DNA from: Candidatus Omnitrophota bacterium
Lineage (GTDB): Bacteria; Omnitrophota; Omnitrophia; Omnitrophales; Aquincolibacteriaceae
NCBI GenBank assembly: GCA_023247055.1
Contig: JAHFHF010000007.1
Span: 2,186-66,185 of the forward strand
Direction: 5' to 3'
DNA: 64,000 nt
The notes beneath the pieces are model-generated. The model worked only from the letters and a program-made list of their open reading frames with translations. It was not told the DNA's origin and did no database searches. Shown in pieces: positions 33,301 through 39,300 of the stretch. Position 1 is the first letter of the stretch, and the number at the start of each line of letters is the position of its first letter. Both the position numbers and the translations under genes were made by a program.

Positions 33301-36300
33301 AATAAAACGCACACCTTCGTTTTGGACCTGTTTTAATTTTGCGAGGCGGCCGCTGCTGGGTCCGTCAATCACAGCCACTTTTTGATCTTGCCCGAGCCAC
33401 TTCGTAATTTCATTCTGCCAATTGGCCAAAAGATGATTCGGCGCCATGATCAAAACTTGTTTGGCGCCCGCATCCTGCGCTGCGATCAGCGCCTGAATCG
33501 TTTTACCCACGCCCATATCGTCGGCCAGAATGACACGGCCCGCATTTTCATGCCTGGCGAAATAAACTCCGGCGATCTGATGCAGCATCAATTCCGACGG
33601 ACTGATCGGGCCGCCGTTTCCGTTGCCATTGGTGTAATGCACATACTGCTGATAATTTTTCTGCTGCAGCGCCGCATAATAATTTTTAATCTGCTGATAA
33701 ATGGCCTGTAACTCTGCCGCCGCACCGGGGGGAGCCGTCTTAAACCAGGCTGCCGCTATTTGAAGGGCCTTTTGTGCTGTGGTTTTTTCAGGATCTTTGG
33801 GCAGCTTGAGCGCCGCCTCCAGCAGGGCATTGTAAATGCGCGTGATGATTTGGCGTTTGATCACTTCCCGGATCTCCTGCTGCACTTCGCTTGAAAATGA
33901 AGCTGCGGCAGGAGTATGCCAATATTGGCTAAGGGCCTTTTGCATTTTTTCGCCCATCAGTGTTTCGTGGCTAAAGGGCTGGATGTGATTATTGCTTTCG
34001 TAATCGAGAAACTTTTCGCTGATTAGGGCCAGCAGCGATTTCACCGGAAAATCCGGGTGCCGTTTCGCAAAAAGATAAAAGAGCGCGGCCTGGCCCTGAT
34101 CGGTATTGAAAAGATGCATCCAGGAATCCATGTCCATCTCTTCGGCGATTTGATTAAAAGACTGCCGCTGGCCGGCATTGATATGTTTCTCTAAATCGAG
34201 GCGCTGAGCGGCTTCTTCCTGGCCTTTGTAGGCAATTTTGTTTTTACTGAGTAAAAATTCGAGCGTCGAAACCGCAGAACCCTGCTTCTGACGCAGTTCG
34301 TCGTAATAACGATAAAGCGTATCAAGCCCGTAAGGCTTGGCCGCTTGGCTTAGCCGCAAGAGCGGCGTTTGCCTGAAAATCCGCTCCGCCTCGGCGCGGT
34401 CCAGCCGCATCCACTGATCGAGTGTCAATCCGGCGGATTGAAGTAAAAGCTGTACCAAAAAGCGGATCTGTGAAGGACTGCGCTTAGCCCAATCCACTTT
34501 TTGCGGATCCGTCAGCCAGGGGTCTGCGGCCCCTGCGGCCTCTTGGTGGCGCATCTCAGAGCGCGCAAATTTCGGAGTTAGAAGTTTGAAGTTGGAGGTT
34601 GGAAGATTCGAGCGGTCGGAAAATTCGGGATGAAATCTATTTTCTTTTTTACTTCCAACTTCCAACGTCCAACTTCCAACTTTTTGGCGCATCTCAGAGC
34701 GCTGCAGGGGCCGGGCCCCTTTTGCTTTTCTCTTGGGGGCGGGCTTGAAAATGATTTCTAATTCCCATCGCTGCAGATCAGGCACACCGGATAAAACGGC
34801 CAGCCGTTCCTGCGCACTCGCCCGGGCGTATTCTTCCTTGAGTAAAAATTCAGCCAGCTTGAGCGCATTCTCACGCGAAATGGTTGGCCGCACTTTATGG
34901 GTCTTGGTTGTCTTCCCTGTAAACCACCAGAAGACTGTCCAGACATTCACGCCGACAGCATCCACGATGGGTCTATAAGAAACAGGCGATTTGCCTCGGC
35001 TGGGATATTTGGCTGCCGCCACACGAGCGGCATTTTGCAGAAAATGTTTCTTAAACTGACGCACCTGTTTGCGCCGCGCCTGGGTCCCCGCACGATCATC
35101 CAGATGACCGCGAATAAACCATTTCCCGGGAACTTTGATTAAAGTCTGACGCTGTGTTTCCGAAAGAACGACTTCGTCATTGCGAGGCTCCCGCTGCTTT
35201 TTGGCGGGCGGCGAAGCAATCTTCAGCCCGGAATTTGCCGCAGTCTTTGCGGCGCCTTGTAAGGCATTTCCCCTTTGGGGCGGCGCGCGGTCTTTGCTAG
35301 CCGTTTTAGGCGATGCCGTTTTTTTCTTTTTCCCCGCCTCATAAGGAAAAAACACTTCAAGCTGTGCCGGCGTTAAATCAGGATTGCCGGCCATCCGCGC
35401 CAAAAGCTTATGACTTGAATCGTGCGGATAAGTACTCTTCAGTAAAAATTCAGAGGCCAACAAGGCATTTTCCCTGGAAATGATCCGTCGCTTGATCCAG
35501 TGCGTGATCATGCCCGCATGCCCGCGCCCTCGCGTTTTTACCAGATGCGGCGAGACATAGTCTGCCAGATTTTGGAGTATGACTTTATTTGTCCTTTTTT
35601 GCAGCAAAAGCATTGTTTCCAAATTATCAAAAAAGCTATCTCGAAGTTTGGCCGTGTCCGAAAATCCTCGGACTTGCCGCAATGTTTTCCACACTTCAAG
35701 CCCTTCAAGCGCCGGCGCTACAGAGCGCATCTCAGACCTAGCCCGAGCATCATCCGAAGCTGGCCTTCGGCGTATTTCGCTTCGCATGGGGTTCACGATT
35801 CGGGCAGTATCGAACACTTTATTTTTTAAATTAAAATTAAATAAATATTGATTTAAAATAAATACTCGGATATTATGTTTTATCCAAATAAAAATACGGG
35901 CGATCGCATGAAGATAGGGACTCTTCGAGATGAAAGACAAGACACGCCGGTATGAAACCGGTAAAATGCTGATTGATTTATCAAAATATTTTGCGACGGC
36001 AATTGCCGCCGGTACTATTGCCAGCGGCCGATTTGATTGGGGAGTCGTCATTACCGGGCTAGTGCTGGCATTTCTAAGCTGGGCTATCGGATTTGTAACC
36101 ATCCCGGAGGATAAGGAGAGCAAATGAGTAATTTTGAAGTCTTTGCCATTGGCTTCGTTGTTTTCGTCTCGATGGTCGGATTGATTGTGGCGATTAATCA
36201 CCGCTTGAGTGAGCGGCAGCGTCCCCATCCGCCCCACGGCACTTAAGCTGGGGATGCGACGAATTTCTGAGCGCTGCGCTTGAAGAATTTGGCCGTAACG

Positions 36301-39300
36301 CATCAGAGCCGCCCGCATCACAGGCTCAGCCGTTGTACGGATAAGCTCGAGATACTCCAGACGCGCTTGAAAAAGCCGCTCCAAAATTTCAATTTTGCTT
36401 TCCTCAGACTGCCGGCCAAATGAACTCCAAAGATTATCCCAATCCCGAAGCCGGTGCTCCACTTGAGCGGGGGCTTGATGAATAACCTCACTGCCGCCCT
36501 CGCCCCATAAAATCATTTCAGGGCGCGAGAGCTCCGAATGTAAAATGATTTCAAAAAACTCTTTTGACAGCACCTCCAATTTCGCAGACAGAAACCGTGC
36601 TTGGCCATCCCGCCGGATATCCTCGAGAAAAAGACCAGCACCTTCAATTTCATGATCCAAACCGCCAAGAAACCACGCCGCGCCCCGCAGGCTTGCCTGC
36701 TGTAAAGTTTCGTCGTCGTTTTCTTTAAAAAAAACATCGGCTCCGAGCGCCCAAAGCCGGCCCCCGCTATTGGACGTATTCAGTTCTGAAAGTACTGTCA
36801 TCGGATCTTGAACCAATTCCGGAAACATCCCGCTCCAAGGCGCGGGCAGATCGAACAGTTGTGAAAATTTTTGATAAAAATTCAACGCCTCCGGCCGCGT
36901 ATGAGGCCAAAATCTTTCCGCCCAGATTTTAGCCCAGCTGCTGAAACCATCCAGATACACGCCGGCCAAATTAACCGGCTCTGAACCCGGCAGCCATTCT
37001 TGTTTCATGCCCGGCCGCGGATCTCGAATAAAAACGCCCGTGGTCTTTAACGCCTCGACTTCATTCGTTTGGCGATAGCGGGCATATACTTCTATCGCCA
37101 ACGCGTTGAAAGGATAAGTCATGAAATCAGAAACGTATTGACCATAGGCCGCATTCAATCGTTCTGCCTGATGATCCCAAACTTCAGAACCTGTGCGATT
37201 GATAAATTCCAAAGCAGAATCAGAAAAAAGCGAGAACTGCCGGAAGTCCTTGGCGTGCGTCAAATCAAGCTGTCTCATTTTGGCCGTCGCTGCTGCGATC
37301 GGCGGTGTATGGAATAAAATTCCAACAAACCAACTTAAAATCTCGTTTATAATGGTCGTTATAGCGTTGTTTATTCTCGGTATTATCTTAGCCGACAAAC
37401 TAGACAACAAAGGACGGTAACTCCATGTTTGGTCTTGTAACCATCTTTCTCCTATTTTCCACGGTCGCTCTATGGATTGCATTGGAGAGGTATTTTTTAA
37501 ATCGCCGAAAGCATTAAGCCTGCTCGGCTGAATTTGCCTCAATTCTGACCGAGCCTCTCCCCCAATCTGATCCCATGTTTCAGTCACAGTAATCAAACGC
37601 ATAAAAAAATCTTCGAGTGCTTGGGGAGTGCGTCCAAAACTTGCCGGCGTGAAAATAAGCTTTTTCGGAGCCGTCGCTTCATGCCAGAGTTGTTGAAGTG
37701 TCATAGCGCTATCATCTGATTTTTTTTCTGCGGCTTGGATGAGATAACTGGCAAGCGGATACTGGGTAAGCAAAAAGTCGTACGCATGGTGAGAATCCCA
37801 CATCCCATCATCCAAATGCGCAATGCGGTTCTTAAATTCTTCAGGTGTCATCTTGTGGCCAAACATTAAAAACGAGTAAAGCCGGATAAACATCTCAAAA
37901 TTCGCAAAAGGCCCATAGTTTTCAGGTTCTGGAATCGCCCGTTCATCAAGCTCCCATTTCAAAGTTTCCATAATACGTTCAGGTGCGGTCTTCTTAGCAA
38001 GTTCCGCATAAAGCATCTGGCTCAAACTCAACGCATGCGCCATTTGTTTTACAAACTTCGGGCTCTGAAAATTCCATGTACGTTCTCCATCTGCAAGTTT
38101 CCACACTGCGGGATTCTGCCCCCGAACCTCCGATCGCCCAACAGCATCCCGATTCTTTGGTTCAACACCCTTGGCTCTTGTCTCAAGCAGCTGTGCTTTG
38201 AGGCTGCCTTGACCAGCCATGGTTCTTAGGCTAGTCTTCGAAAAGGGAGAAATATTCCATGCAAAAAGTTGCCGTAACACTACTACCCAAGCAAGCTGAG
38301 ATTTTGATTGAACAGCTTGTTCAAAATCTGGATTTTGAAGCCAAATACCGTTTGGTCCAGAAACTACAGCGTGAAATGCGCCGCGCCCGCTGGGAACCCC
38401 TGGTTCTGAAAATGCGGCGGCGTTTTGCCTCAAAACCCCTTTCTTCCCGTCAAATCCGGCGGCTCTGTGAACAGGTCCGCCAAGAACGGTTTGAGCGTGC
38501 GGGTCGTCGTTGACACCAACGTTTTTATTGCCGCCCTTCTGCAAGGGAATACTCCCCGAAAAGTCTACGATTTCCCCCCCCCTCACTTCCGAGCGATAAG
38601 ATTCCGCGTTTCCAAGAAGAGATTTGAGTGTTTTGAATTTCCACGGGCCAAGACGCGCCTGATTGATCGTGAGCGTTGCTTCCACATCCAGCCATTCGGG
38701 CGGAATATGCATCAAGAAGCCGGCGTCGTCGCCTTTGAAAAGAACCTGCTGTTTCATTTCAAGCCAGGGAATGTCTTTGAGCGATTGATAATGACTGCGG
38801 ACTTCTTCAGGCAGTTTTGCACCCAGGCCCAGCGAAGGATCAAGCGCCCAGGTTTTCTTTTCGTCTATCGAATCCGATTCGATCAAATGTGTGCTAGGCA
38901 CACGAAAGATCAGAACAATATCATTTTTTTCAGGCCCTCGTTTTTCAACGCTTTCCTGATCCCGGTAAAAAACAGTCCTCCAGGGCAATTGGTAAAGGCC
39001 GTACCAGGCAATCAAATCGATGGTTTTAAGGCCTTTGCTCGAGTCATGTATAACGTGATAGACAAGGCTGTCTCCGGTCTCTGCTGCTTTTTTGTAATTC
39101 GATCCTTCAGCATGGACCTCATAGGCTGTGGTTTTACCACCGCTGCGCACGATCGAAGCCGCGGCCGGAATCGAGCGATATAAATGCAAAGAAGCTTCGG
39201 GAAGCGTGCGTTCCAAGCCGCCGGGCTGCCAATCATGGGTTTTGATGACTCTCAGCTTATCGCCCGTGTTAAATCCATTGGGCAGCTCGTACAGCTCGAG

